25,588 bases of DNA from a virus (IMGVR_UViG_3300014656_000118:1-25588); one strand, 5' to 3'; positions 15,208-24,937 are shown, numbered from the stretch's first letter. Notes: generated from the sequence alone by a model not told the origin. Numbers and translations: made by a program.

Positions 15208-15993
15208 ATGGCTTTAGATCTGAAAGACCTCAGCGTACAAAATATATCTCAACTGGCTCTTGATCTCAATCTTTCAGAGATTGAAACAGAGACCAGTGAT
15301 TTTGTTTCTCCGGCTGAGGCGCAGAGACGATCAGATGTGTCTCTGCAAGGTTTAAAGTTGAAGTTCAAGGATGATCTGGCGAAACTTGAGCAATATGAGC
15401 AAGAAGAAAAACTTTACAAAACCCTTTTAACCACGAACTACACGAAAGACACTAAAAAAAGTGCACAAGAGCAAGAAAAAATCGAAGTTCCGGTAAAGCC
15501 AAATGTTTATGGTTGGTCGGAGGATTTCTTCTTGTTGATGAATCAGGGTTGGCCGTGGCGGGTGGCGGTGTATATCGCCTGGGCAGGCAGCCCGAAGGTT
15601 GGGCGCTGGCCAAAGACTCAGGAAGATCTTGCAATCGGTGTGCTTGGATTGAACAGCGACCGGCAGATCAGCGAATGGCGCAAGAATAACCCTGCGATTG
15701 ATGAAATGATCGGCATTATGCAGGCGATGCCTCTTTTGAGCCACCGGCGCGATATTTTTGAAGCTCTGGCCACCAGTGCGAGCGACCCAAGCTCGAAAGG
15801 CGCCCAGGACCGCAAAACTGCCTTGTCGATGACCGGGGATTATGTTCCGCGGTTGAAGGTTGAGGATGACCGGCCAATTAGCAGCCCGAAGGAAGTATCA
15901 CAAGAAGATCTGGATCGCGCACGCGAGCGCATCAATCGTGAACTGAAGATTGAATCCAGCAACAAACCGGAAAAGGAATCAGCGAATGAGTAA
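15208..15993 (+). CDS. terS: Putative terminase small subunit (HTH-containing)
   Basis: HTH-like TQEDLAIGVLGLNSDRQISEWRKNNP; immediately upstream of and overlapping terL. Confidence 0.7.
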   Translation: MALDLKDLSVQNISQLALDLNLSEIETETSDFVSPAEAQRRSDVSLQGLKLKFKDDLAKLEQYEQEEKLYKTLLTTNYTKDTKKSAQEQEKIEVPVKPNVYGWSEDFFLLMNQGWPWRVAVYIAWAGSPKVGRWPKTQEDLAIGVLGLNSDRQISEWRKNNPAIDEMIGIMQAMPLLSHRRDIFEALATSASDPSSKGAQDRKTALSMTGDYVPRLKVEDDRPISSPKEVSQEDLDRARERINRELKIESSNKPEKESANE

Positions 15994-17593
15994 TGTTCGC
16001 ACCTCCTCAGCCAAGACCGCTGCGCAAAAAACGCGAACCCGCGCAAGCATCCCCGATGAAGAATTGCTTCTTGAGGATGATTTCAGGTTATTGGCCAGGG
16101 AAGAATATCGATATTACCGGCGCTACATGGATGTGAAGTTCCAGGAAGGGCCACATAATCTTTTGCTTGCAGAAAAGCTGCAAGAGATTGAATTGAGAAT
16201 CAGAACCAAGGGCGCAAGCGGAAAAGGCAGACTGATCGTGTGTATGCCTCCGCAATACGGAAAGACAAAAGATATTGCCAGGTTGTTTCCATCGTGGGTG
16301 ATTGGAAGGAACCCGGATGCGCATATAGCCATTATTTCTTACGGCGCTGATTTGGCTGACAAGCACAGCGCAGCGGTAAGAGATTTTGTTCAAAGTCAGG
16401 AATTCAATAATTTGTTCGGAAAACGATCCGCGATGCAAGAACCGGTGATGCTGGCGGATGACAGTGCTTCAAAAAGCGATTGGAAATTGGCGGCGCCTTA
16501 TGAAGGCGGATGCATCAGCCGAGGTCTTGGCGGCGGTCTTTCGGGCAACCCGGTGGACTTATTGATTATTGACGACCCCACCAAGGATATTGATGATGCG
16601 AGATCTGAAAGCCACCAGCAAAAGCTGGAGAACTGGTTTGATTCGGTGGGTGTGCAGCGTTTGAGCGAATACGGCTGCATTATTGTGGTGCATACCCGGT
16701 GGGACCCGAATGATCTGATCGGGCAGTTGTTGAAACGAATGGCCAACGGCGATCCAAACGTGGATCAATACGAAATTGTTTTCCTTCCGGCGCTGGCTCT
16801 GGAAGACGAGGAATATCCAAAAACTGAAAAAGAGTACATGGATAACCTCTCCAACGGTATTTTCATTCCGATGGGCGGGGATCAACTGGGTCGGGCACCT
16901 GGTCAGGCATTATGGCCATGGCGATACAGCCAGCCGTATGTTGAATCTAAAAAAGCAAATGCCAAAAGCCCTTATATCTTTGCCTCTGTGGATCAGCAAC
17001 TGCCGAGACCATTCACCGGTGGACTGTTTGACGCCAAGGATATCAAGCTGGTTTCGCGCAAAATCCTCAACCCTGAATGGACGTGGGTTTGTTATGTGGA
17101 TGTGGCCCTGGGACGGAACAAACGCAGCGACTTCAATGCAGCTTTGATTGAAACGCTCAACCCTGAAGATGGCATGATCATCGGTCGGGATCTGATCAGG
17201 GAACGCGAGCTGGGAAGATTCCTCAAGTTTTTGAAATTGGCGATGCTTCTGGAAGAAAACAAGAAAGTATTGTGGGGCATCGAGGATGTTGCTTTTCAGT
17301 CTTTGGCTTTTCAGGACTTCTGGAAGGATCCACAACTGGCGATGGTTGGGCTGGTGAAGTTCCCGGTGCCGGAAGGCTCAAAGATGGACAGAGCGATGAA
17401 TCTTTCTTTGAAAGCAAAAGAAGGTTTGTTTGGCGTGGTTGAAGGGAGCAATTTCGGTGTGGTGCAAAAAGCACTGATGGAATTCCCTTATGGCAGCCAT
17501 GATGATGTGGTGGACAGTGCAAGCGGAGGACCCTACATGATTGCGAAGTATAGCAAGCGAGAAAAGAAGGTTGCCAGGAGTCATCAAGGATGA
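15986..17593 (+). CDS. terL: Terminase large subunit
   Basis: Walker A MPPQYGKT, Walker B LLIIDDP, HTRW, nuclease motifs YVDVA and HDDVVDS. Confidence 0.95.
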   Translation: MSNVRTSSAKTAAQKTRTRASIPDEELLLEDDFRLLAREEYRYYRRYMDVKFQEGPHNLLLAEKLQEIELRIRTKGASGKGRLIVCMPPQYGKTKDIARLFPSWVIGRNPDAHIAIISYGADLADKHSAAVRDFVQSQEFNNLFGKRSAMQEPVMLADDSASKSDWKLAAPYEGGCISRGLGGGLSGNPVDLLIIDDPTKDIDDARSESHQQKLENWFDSVGVQRLSEYGCIIVVHTRWDPNDLIGQLLKRMANGDPNVDQYEIVFLPALALEDEEYPKTEKEYMDNLSNGIFIPMGGDQLGRAPGQALWPWRYSQPYVESKKANAKSPYIFASVDQQLPRPFTGGLFDAKDIKLVSRKILNPEWTWVCYVDVALGRNKRSDFNAALIETLNPEDGMIIGRDLIRERELGRFLKFLKLAMLLEENKKVLWGIEDVAFQSLAFQDFWKDPQLAMVGLVKFPVPEGSKMDRAMNLSLKAKEGLFGVVEGSNFGVVQKALMEFPYGSHDDVVDSASGGPYMIAKYSKREKKVARSHQG

Positions 17594-18924
17594 GTGATCT
17601 CGAAAAAGCATTTATAACGCTGAAAGGCAAGAATGAACGGATTGTCATGCGCAATCAATACTATGAGGGCGATCAGCCTCTTGTCTACAGCAATAAACGA
17701 CTATCGGATGTATTTGGCGGCAGTTTTGCCAAATTCAACCTGAATTGGTGCAGCGTGGTGGTTGAATCCACACTGGACAGGATCGATCTGAAGGGCTTTG
17801 ATGTGGTGAATGCCAATGGCGAAACCAATAAGAAGCTCGACATGATTTGGAACAAGTATCACATTGAGCTGGACGCTGAAGAGGTGCATAAGGACGCGTT
17901 GATCACGTCTGAAAGTTATGTGATCGCCTGGAAGCGACCGGACGGCACGATTGATGTCTACCCCAATAAAAGCTCGATGTGTCATATTTTTTATGAACCG
18001 GAGTTCCCGAAACAAAAGAAGTTCGCGGCCAAGTGGTATTTTGGCACGGATGAGAAGTGGCACATTACGCTGTATTACCGGGATCGCCTGGAATATTACA
18101 TCTCTTCTGGAAAGGAAATTCCGGAAAGCGTTGGAAGTTTCAAGCCTACAAAGAAGGCAGCGAAAAACCCGTTCGAGGAAATACCTGTTTTTCACTTCAG
18201 GTGCCCGGGTGAGTTGGAAGATCTGCTGACTGTGCAGGACGCGATCAACAAGATGTTTGCCGACATGATGGTTGCCGGTGAGTTTGGCGCATTCAAACAA
18301 CGCTGGATTGTCAGTAATTCAGATACATCTCAATTAAAAAACAAACCGGGTATGGTGTGGGAACTGCCTGGCAGTGATGGTACTGGCGAAGATACGCAAG
18401 TGGGTGAGTTTACTGGCGAGGATTTATCTAAGTTTTGGAAAGCGATTGACGGCCTTGCCAATTATGTGGCAATCAAGAGCCGAACTCCAAAATATTACCT
18501 GACCGAGGTTGGCGCGGGGATCAGCGGGGATGCGCTGATTGCGATGGAAGCGCCATTGGTCAAGAAGGCTGAAAAACGGATCAAACAATTTTCTGTCACC
18601 TGGCAAGAGTTGGCGGCTTTTCTGCTTAAGCTGGACGGGATTACGACTGACCAAGCCAATGTGGTGCCTTTGTGGAGCCGGGTGAAGAGTGAACAGCCGC
18701 TGGCCGAAACACAGGCAATCAATTTTGGTGTGTCATCTGGATTGCCTTTAGTGACGATGCTGAGGCGGCAGGGATGGACAAAGGTTGAAATTGCGCAGAT
18801 GCTGGCGGACTCAAAGGATCAACAGGTTGCGCAGGCATCCATGGCCAAGACGATGCTTGAAGCCGCGCGGCGAAAACAGGCTGAAGCGAATACCACCGGT
18901 TTGGAGGATTTGATCAATGCCTGA
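17590..18924 (+). CDS. Portal protein, SPP1 gp6-like
   Basis: YYEGDQ, NWCSVVV, NPFEEIPVFHF, QDAINK, SGDALIAMEAPL; follows terL. Confidence 0.9.
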   Translation: MSDLEKAFITLKGKNERIVMRNQYYEGDQPLVYSNKRLSDVFGGSFAKFNLNWCSVVVESTLDRIDLKGFDVVNANGETNKKLDMIWNKYHIELDAEEVHKDALITSESYVIAWKRPDGTIDVYPNKSSMCHIFYEPEFPKQKKFAAKWYFGTDEKWHITLYYRDRLEYYISSGKEIPESVGSFKPTKKAAKNPFEEIPVFHFRCPGELEDLLTVQDAINKMFADMMVAGEFGAFKQRWIVSNSDTSQLKNKPGMVWELPGSDGTGEDTQVGEFTGEDLSKFWKAIDGLANYVAIKSRTPKYYLTEVGAGISGDALIAMEAPLVKKAEKRIKQFSVTWQELAAFLLKLDGITTDQANVVPLWSRVKSEQPLAETQAINFGVSSGLPLVTMLRRQGWTKVEIAQMLADSKDQQVAQASMAKTMLEAARRKQAEANTTGLEDLINA

Positions 18925-19915
18925 TGTGATTGAGTCAAGAGTTGTCTCCGTTTTGCGCGAGTATCGGGAAGAGCTGATCTTGCGTGAAGGATCTGTACTT
19001 GAGGAGATGACCAGCCGCTGGTTGAAGATTGAACAGCAATTGGATGCGGATATCTCTGCGCTGCATTTGTTGATGGCCAGCAAAAAGACTGACGACGTGA
19101 TGCTGACCCGACAGATGATCTGGAAGGAAGAGCGTTATCAGAAGCTGAAAGCCGAGCTGCAGGCCGCGATCAAAGCCTATAACCAGAATTATTTGATTCG
19201 TGAATTGTCACAGGCTCAGTCAGATATTGGCTGGCTGGGTGTGCAAGCTTCACTGGATGCTGTGAAGGCATCTTATGCTGTGGGTAGCTCTCCGCTGATC
19301 AAGGTTTTGAACCGGGATGCTGTTGAAGCTCTGTCAGGTTTCTTGAGCAACGGTGCGCCGCTCAATAGTTTGTTGAAGAACGAGTTCCCCGAAGCGCTTG
19401 AAGGGTTGACGGATGCGCTGATCAATGCAGTGGCGAGGGGTTTGGGACCCAAAGCCGCAGCGCAAGAAATGGTGAACGGGATGGGGATGGGTCTTGACCG
19501 GGCAATGCTGATCTCAAGAACGGAGATTGGCAGGGCTTACCGCAGCGGGAACATCCTTCAGTATCGGGAATCAGGGGTGGTGACAGGTTTTGTGCGGCTG
19601 GTGAAAAAAGAAAGTGCCTGCATGGCTTGTCTTCTCCTTGATGGCGAGAAATTCGCGCTGGCTGAGATGCTGGACGACCATCCGCAGGGGAATTGTTCGG
19701 CAGTGCCGGAAGTGGCCGGGGTGGGTGCGCCGCAGTGGGAAAAGGGTGCGGATTGGTTTGCAAGGTTGGATCAGGACCAACAGCAAGCGAAGTTGGGTCC
19801 GCAGTTGTTTGAGCGATGGCAGAAGGAAGGGTTTGATCTTTCTTCTTTGGTGAGCAAGAGCCATTCCCCAGAATGGGGAGATACTCCCAGATTTAATGCA
19901 GGAGGGAGTGTCTGA
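18917..19915 (+). CDS. Head morphogenesis / minor capsid protein (SPP1 gp7 / Mu F-like)
   Basis: RAMLISRTE, CMACLLLDG, HPQGNC; follows the portal. Confidence 0.85.
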   Translation: MPDVIESRVVSVLREYREELILREGSVLEEMTSRWLKIEQQLDADISALHLLMASKKTDDVMLTRQMIWKEERYQKLKAELQAAIKAYNQNYLIRELSQAQSDIGWLGVQASLDAVKASYAVGSSPLIKVLNRDAVEALSGFLSNGAPLNSLLKNEFPEALEGLTDALINAVARGLGPKAAAQEMVNGMGMGLDRAMLISRTEIGRAYRSGNILQYRESGVVTGFVRLVKKESACMACLLLDGEKFALAEMLDDHPQGNCSAVPEVAGVGAPQWEKGADWFARLDQDQQQAKLGPQLFERWQKEGFDLSSLVSKSHSPEWGDTPRFNAGGSV

Positions 19916-19938
19916 TGAAGGTGATGATGGGAAGGAAG

Positions 19939-19991
19939 CCCTGCTCATTCGCTTCGCGATTTCGCGGGGTGCCCCAAAAAACGGGGCAGGG
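19939..19991. repeat. GC-rich palindromic REP-like element
   Basis: CCCTGC...GCAGGG enclosing CGCTTCGCG and TGCCCC/GGGGCA. Confidence 0.45.
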
Positions 19992-20034
19992 AAATACACC
20001 AAGATTCAATGTGGGAGGTGCTTAAGAGCATTTA

Positions 20035-20064
20035 AACCACGAAATACACGAAAGGCACGAAAAG
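20035..20064 (+). repeat. CACGAA triplet element, copy 3
   Basis: AACCACGAAATACACGAAAGGCACGAAAAG. Confidence 0.7.
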
Positions 20065-20084
20065 AAAGTACGTTTTTTATTGGA

Positions 20085-20118
20085 GATTGCCGCGGCGGAA
20101 ACCGCCTCGCAATGACAG
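20085..20118 (+). repeat. REP-like element GATTGCCGCG...CTCGCAATGACAG, copy 2
   Basis: Same termini as 14221-14285; internal GCGG-AAA-CCGC hairpin. Confidence 0.75.
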
Positions 20119-20159
20119 TCAAATTAGCGCAGCGAGAGGCTGCAGAAAAGGAGCTCGAG

Positions 20160-20711
20160 ATGAGCGACCAAAATACACAACAAACACAGCAACAGACAAC
20201 ACAACAGCAACAAACCCAACAGACTGGTGAGCAACAGGCCAAGAAGAGTTGGGATGATGTGCTCAAGGAGATGCCGGAGGACGCGAAGGCGCTCTATAAC
20301 GAGCACACCGCGGGCTTGCAGAACACGGTCAAAGCGACTCGAGATGAGCGCGATGATCTGGCAAAACAGATCAAGGACCTTTTGCCGAAAGCCGAGAATG
20401 GTTCGGAATTGGAAAAATCTTTGACTGAAGCCCTGGGAAAGATGGAATCTTCAAATAAAAGGGCAGACTTTGTGGAACAGGCAATCAAGCCGGAGATCGG
20501 CTGCCGAAATATCAAAGCCGCTTATGCGGTTGCCCTGCAGTATGACCTTTTCAAGAAAAACGGCGACCCGGATTGGGATTTGATCAAGAAGGAATCGCCT
20601 GAATCTTTCGGAGTGATCATCCCCGATGGAGACGGCGGGAACGGCACTGAGACCAAGATTAAGACGAACGATGATTTCAATGCCGAGCTTCGCCGCAGAG
20701 CAAATTCTTAG
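20160..20711 (+). CDS. Capsid scaffolding protein
   Basis: AAAGGAG RBS before ATG 20160; Q/T-rich N-terminus, coiled coil, C-terminal GDGG...FNAELRR; just before the capsid gene. Confidence 0.85.
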   Translation: MSDQNTQQTQQQTTQQQQTQQTGEQQAKKSWDDVLKEMPEDAKALYNEHTAGLQNTVKATRDERDDLAKQIKDLLPKAENGSELEKSLTEALGKMESSNKRADFVEQAIKPEIGCRNIKAAYAVALQYDLFKKNGDPDWDLIKKESPESFGVIIPDGDGGNGTETKIKTNDDFNAELRRRANS

Positions 20712-20740
20712 CAAATTATTTTATGTTCAAGGAGTAAATA

Positions 20741-21712
20741 ATGCCTTACGACAACAGCATTTCAAGAACCGATGCCGCCTCATTGATCCCGGAAGGGACA
20801 GCAGATGAAATTATGACATCTGTTGAAGAAATGAATCCTGTTCTTTCTATGGCACGTCGAACACCCAACATGATCGTCGGTCAGGAAAAACAACCTGTGA
20901 TGAGTGCGCTCGCGACAGCTTATTTCCTATCCGGAAATAAAAATCTGATCCAAACTACCGAAGTGAATTGGGATGATAAGTATCTTGACCCTGAAGGTCT
21001 GGCTGCCATCATTCCTATTCCGCGTTCAGTGATTAGGGATAGCAAGTACGACATCATTGGCCAATGCAAACCCGAACTAATCAAGGCGTTTTCAGTGGCA
21101 ATTTCTATGGCATTGTTCCATGGCGTAAACATCCCCGCTACATGGACAACCAACCTTGGCGCTGCGGGTTTGATTGCAGGAGCAAATGCAGCCGGAAACC
21201 TTGTATCACTAGCGGCTTACACCGATATGTATGAAGCCATTTTGGGCGAAAAAGCTGACGGCACCGCTGGAATGTTAGGCAAACTTGAAGATGAAGGTTT
21301 TATCGGAACCGGAACGATTGCTGCGACCTCAATGAGACGCAAATTGCGCAATGTTCGTGATGAAAACGGGCAACCTATTTTCGTCGCGGATATGAAAGAT
21401 AAAACCCCTTATTCGCTTGATGGCGCACCTTGTTACTTCCCAACTGACGGCAGCATGCCTGCTACGAGTGCTTTGGCTGTAGCTGCACAATGGGATCATC
21501 TTGTGTGGGCTTACCGCGAGGAAATTCGCTATGAGATCCTCAAAGAAGCCGTGATTCAGGATGCTTCAGGTGCCATCATCTACAACCTGGCACAACAGGA
21601 CATGGTCGCATTGAAGGCGGTTATGTACATCGCTGTGGCACTGCCGAACCCGATCAATCGGGCACAACCCACCGAAGCCAGCCGCTATCCGGTCGCTGTT
21701 TTGACCGCATAG
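20741..21712 (+). CDS. Major capsid protein, HK97 fold
   Basis: LIPEGTADEI, LAAIIPI, LRNVRDENGQPIF, NLAQQDMVALK; AAGGAG RBS. Confidence 0.95.
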   Translation: MPYDNSISRTDAASLIPEGTADEIMTSVEEMNPVLSMARRTPNMIVGQEKQPVMSALATAYFLSGNKNLIQTTEVNWDDKYLDPEGLAAIIPIPRSVIRDSKYDIIGQCKPELIKAFSVAISMALFHGVNIPATWTTNLGAAGLIAGANAAGNLVSLAAYTDMYEAILGEKADGTAGMLGKLEDEGFIGTGTIAATSMRRKLRNVRDENGQPIFVADMKDKTPYSLDGAPCYFPTDGSMPATSALAVAAQWDHLVWAYREEIRYEILKEAVIQDASGAIIYNLAQQDMVALKAVMYIAVALPNPINRAQPTEASRYPVAVLTA

Positions 21713-21757
21713 GTCAACTGCAATTCGTCAATAATTTTCGTTTTGTTGGAGGTAAAC

Positions 21758-22711
21758 ATGGGATTATTCCCGAAACAGGCAAGCAAGTATGTGGCTTTGA
21801 TGGGGATTCCGCTTGGACCTAATTCACAGGTCTTTGTGGTTGATCCACAGGTCAGTGCAAGCGGCGACGGCAAGAGTTTTGCCAGCCCACTGAAGACGCT
21901 GGAAGAGGCTTATGCGCTCTGTACAGCAAACCAGAATGACACTGTTGTTTTGGTTGGCGGCCCCACGGCTTTGAATCCTGCCGCGGCAATTGATTGGGCG
22001 AAAGCCTATACCCACCTGGTGGGTTTGTCTGGAGATCTACCGGGTGTTGGCCAACGGTGCAGAATTGTTGGCACCGCAGCGCTGGATCTGGCTTATGTGA
22101 TCGACTTCCAGGCTGCTGGATGTATCGTCAAGAACATCCAAATTTTCAACGGTAACGATGCAGCCGCAGATTCTGGCGCGGCAAAAGTGACCGGCGCTCG
22201 TAACTTCTTTGAAAATGTGTTCTTTGCGGGAATGGCACATGCCACACCAGGTGCACGCGCTGGTTGTTATTCGTTGAATTTGACCGGCGAAGAGAACGTG
22301 TTCAAGCGCTGTTCAATTGGCCTGCAGACGATCATCCGTGCTCAGTCAAATGCGGAGTTGCTCATCTCTGGAACCGCGTGTTATCGCAATAAGTTCATCC
22401 AATGCGAGTTTTTGAGCTGGTCGGTGACGGCTGGTAAATTGCTGGTGAAATTCGCTGCCGGGTCTGTGCCCTGGACGACTCAGTTTGAGGATTGTCTTTT
22501 CAACAATCTTGATATGAGCGCTGGCGGCGCTGATGGTGCAAGCATCGACAATGCTATTGGCGACAGCTCCACAGCCAAGCATCAGATCATTTTGCGCGGC
22601 AAAACTTTGTTTGTCGGATGCACCGGCGTGGCTGACACTGTTACCAATGTCTTCAGCGCGGAGCCCGCTCCGAATGCTGGATTTGGTTTGGGACTCAACC
22701 CGACCACCTAG
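21758..22711 (+). CDS. Parallel beta-helix-like protein, putative head fibre/decoration
   Basis: VFVVDP...GDGKSFASPLKTLEEAY...NDTVVL start motif; repeated N.F.N/C.F strands; GGAGG RBS. Confidence 0.7.
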   Translation: MGLFPKQASKYVALMGIPLGPNSQVFVVDPQVSASGDGKSFASPLKTLEEAYALCTANQNDTVVLVGGPTALNPAAAIDWAKAYTHLVGLSGDLPGVGQRCRIVGTAALDLAYVIDFQAAGCIVKNIQIFNGNDAAADSGAAKVTGARNFFENVFFAGMAHATPGARAGCYSLNLTGEENVFKRCSIGLQTIIRAQSNAELLISGTACYRNKFIQCEFLSWSVTAGKLLVKFAAGSVPWTTQFEDCLFNNLDMSAGGADGASIDNAIGDSSTAKHQIILRGKTLFVGCTGVADTVTNVFSAEPAPNAGFGLGLNPTT

Positions 22712-22747
22712 TTTTTTTCAAACTATCAAAGTAAGTGGAGGTTTTAT

Positions 22748-23155
22748 ATGGTTGCACAAATTAATCAAGATCCACAACGCGGGATGCTGGTCATCGACCT
22801 TGAAGGCGCCGCATCAGTGGCTAATGGCGGGTTGGGCGCGATTGCCAACCCTGAAGGCAAGAAGCTCGGCATTTTGCGAACTTATGCCTATTTTGATACC
22901 GGAAGCACCGGCGCGGCGAACCTTGATGCTGGTGTAGCTGCAAGTGCGGCTGCCAAGGGCACAGATATCTTGAGCACCTTTGACGCGATTGAAGCCACGG
23001 TCGGCGGCAAGTTGTTTTATTGCCAGGCTGTGCCAGTGAACGAGACAGAGGTTGCAGTGATCTGGGAAGCTGATGAGTATATCACTTTCACCGGATCCGC
23101 CACGACAGTTGGCCTGGAAGGGAAGATGTTTGTGGAGTATCTGCGGCTGGATTAG
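22748..23155 (+). CDS. Putative capsid decoration protein
   Basis: Small Ala/Gly-rich beta-strand protein ending FVEY; GGAGG RBS. Confidence 0.6.
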   Translation: MVAQINQDPQRGMLVIDLEGAASVANGGLGAIANPEGKKLGILRTYAYFDTGSTGAANLDAGVAASAAAKGTDILSTFDAIEATVGGKLFYCQAVPVNETEVAVIWEADEYITFTGSATTVGLEGKMFVEYLRLD

Positions 23156-23174
23156 TATTTTTGTTTTGGGTGAA

Positions 23175-23207
23175 ACCCCGGATAGTCACTTCGTGGCAAT
23201 CCGGGGT
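23175..23207. other. Hairpin after head genes (REP-like or terminator/stabiliser)
   Basis: ACCCCGGAT/ATCCGGGGT with inner GTCAC-TTC-GTGGC; no U-tract on the plus strand. Confidence 0.55.
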
Positions 23208-23270
23208 ACAGAAACCCTTATCTAACTCTCGGCCTGAAAATCAAGGCCTCGAATCTAAAGTAGGTTTCTT

Positions 23271-23708
23271 ATGTCAGCTACAGCCGCACAAATCGCAGAG
23301 TTAAGAAGGATGGTGGCAGAGCCACTGACCACGACTTATAGTGATCTCCTTTTGCAGGGGTTCATCGAGCGCTATCCGCTGATGGATGAGCTGAGGCAGG
23401 AGCCTTACACGTGGACGATGGTTGACGGCGCATACACCACTTTGGCCAATACGCTGTGGATACCGACTTATGACTTGAATGCGGCTGCCGCGGATGTGTG
23501 GCAAGAGAAACTGGCTGCGCTTTCTAATCAGACAGATTTCAGCGCGGACGGCGGAAATTTTAGCTTAAGCCAGAAGTTTGAACATGCTGAAAAGATGGTG
23601 AAGCATTATCGCTCACGGCGCAGCGCCAAGAATATCGAGGTGATCAAGTGGCCGCGTGAGAAGGGTGCTCGGGAGACGGAAGGAACTAATGTCAATCTTT
23701 TCGACTGA
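23271..23708 (+). CDS. Head-tail adaptor
   Basis: LRRMVAE...YSD, YDLNAAAADVWQEK, DFSADG; position after the head genes. Confidence 0.75.
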   Translation: MSATAAQIAELRRMVAEPLTTTYSDLLLQGFIERYPLMDELRQEPYTWTMVDGAYTTLANTLWIPTYDLNAAAADVWQEKLAALSNQTDFSADGGNFSLSQKFEHAEKMVKHYRSRRSAKNIEVIKWPREKGARETEGTNVNLFD

Positions 23709-24075
23709 TGACCTGGTTTGGATGCGAGCTGCACAGGAAGCGCACATGCAGGATGAGTGCGTGATCATGCATTATGCACCCGGCACCAACAGCCACAACG
23801 AGGACGTTGCGGATTATGTTTCTGATGAATCAGCCATAGTTTGCGGTCTGGATATGCGCTCAGGCGACGAAAGGCACACCTCAATGTTTACGGCGCTTGT
23901 CTACGATGCCACGGTGAGACTGCCGATCGGAACTGATGTGGATGCAAAGGGCCGGATTCGGATCACCAAACGCTACGGCGAAACGCTGGTTGATCCGTTG
24001 ACGTTTGAGATTGTTGGCCCGGTGCAAGAAGGACCTTCAGGAATTCGCTTGAAGTTGAAAAGGATTGAGCTATGA
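23689..24075 (+). CDS. Head closure / stopper protein
   Basis: MQDECVI, VRLPIGTDV...RIRI; position in the neck module. Confidence 0.7.
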   Translation: MSIFSTDDLVWMRAAQEAHMQDECVIMHYAPGTNSHNEDVADYVSDESAIVCGLDMRSGDERHTSMFTALVYDATVRLPIGTDVDAKGRIRITKRYGETLVDPLTFEIVGPVQEGPSGIRLKLKRIEL

Positions 24076-24524
24076 GTGGCATGTCTTTTGATATTTCACA
24101 CGATTTAGATAAATTGGACAGCAAGCTGAGCCAAGAGACTCTTAAACGTGCTGCGCTGGCCGGAGGGGAGGTGATCCGCGGAAATGCGAAGGTGAATATC
24201 AACAAGACTTTTTCAAAGTCACACGGCGATGCGGGTTTGGCCGGGACCATCCAGGTGGTGGTTGAGAATAGCTCACCGAATGGCTGCGAGATCTCTGTTG
24301 GCCCTACGGCCATCCACGGCAGGATACGGGAGCTGGGCGGCACCATCAAGCCGATCAATAAGAAATTGCTTTCGTGGGTGGATGAGGCTGGAGAGCGCGC
24401 ATTCGCAAAGAGTGTGACGGTTGAGCCAAAACCTTACCTGCGACCGGCAGTGGATGAACACGTGCGCGAAATTGAAGCGGCGACCGGTGAACAGATCAGG
24501 CAAGGCATCGAGAGGTCAAAGTAA
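24072..24524 (+). CDS. HK97 gp10-like neck protein
   Basis: GLAGTI, RELGG, PKPYLRPAVDE. Confidence 0.8.
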   Translation: MSGMSFDISHDLDKLDSKLSQETLKRAALAGGEVIRGNAKVNINKTFSKSHGDAGLAGTIQVVVENSSPNGCEISVGPTAIHGRIRELGGTIKPINKKLLSWVDEAGERAFAKSVTVEPKPYLRPAVDEHVREIEAATGEQIRQGIERSK

Positions 24525-24937
24525 TGGCTACCATCGAAGAGGCACAGGTTTCTTATCTTCTTGGATATACAGCATTGACAGCGCTGATCGGTATGCGGTT
24601 GAAACCATTTCATATCCCTGTCGGGAGTGAATTGCCATGTCTCACGTATAAGCGGATCGATACGCCAAGAGAGCTGACACATTCAAGCTCAGGCGCTTCA
24701 GGCGATGTGATCACACCGCGGTTCCAATATGATAGCTGGGCAAAAACAGAGCTTGAAGCCCAGGCAATCGCTACAGTCCTGCAGGGGGCCATGCACATGA
24801 AGAAAGGGTCCATCGGAACGGCGCCGTATGCAAAAACAGTGGGCTTGATCCGGCTGGATGGTGGTTTTCCAATTTATGAAGCGGAGATCGATGTCTGGCG
24901 GTGGGTGAGCCAGTATGTGATCGGAATGGTGGAATGA
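24524..24937 (+). CDS. Tail completion / terminator protein (DUF3168-like)
   Basis: LTALIGMR, LPCLTYKRI, RFQYDSWA. Confidence 0.8.
   Translation: MATIEEAQVSYLLGYTALTALIGMRLKPFHIPVGSELPCLTYKRIDTPRELTHSSSGASGDVITPRFQYDSWAKTELEAQAIATVLQGAMHMKKGSIGTAPYAKTVGLIRLDGGFPIYEAEIDVWRWVSQYVIGMVE

Noticed and set aside
19896-20159. N-terminal extension of the scaffold ORF
   Set aside because: It consists of repeat elements; the RBS supports ATG 20160.
20170-20240. CAA/ACA-rich repeats
   Set aside because: They encode the ordinary Gln/Thr low-complexity N-terminus of the scaffold protein.
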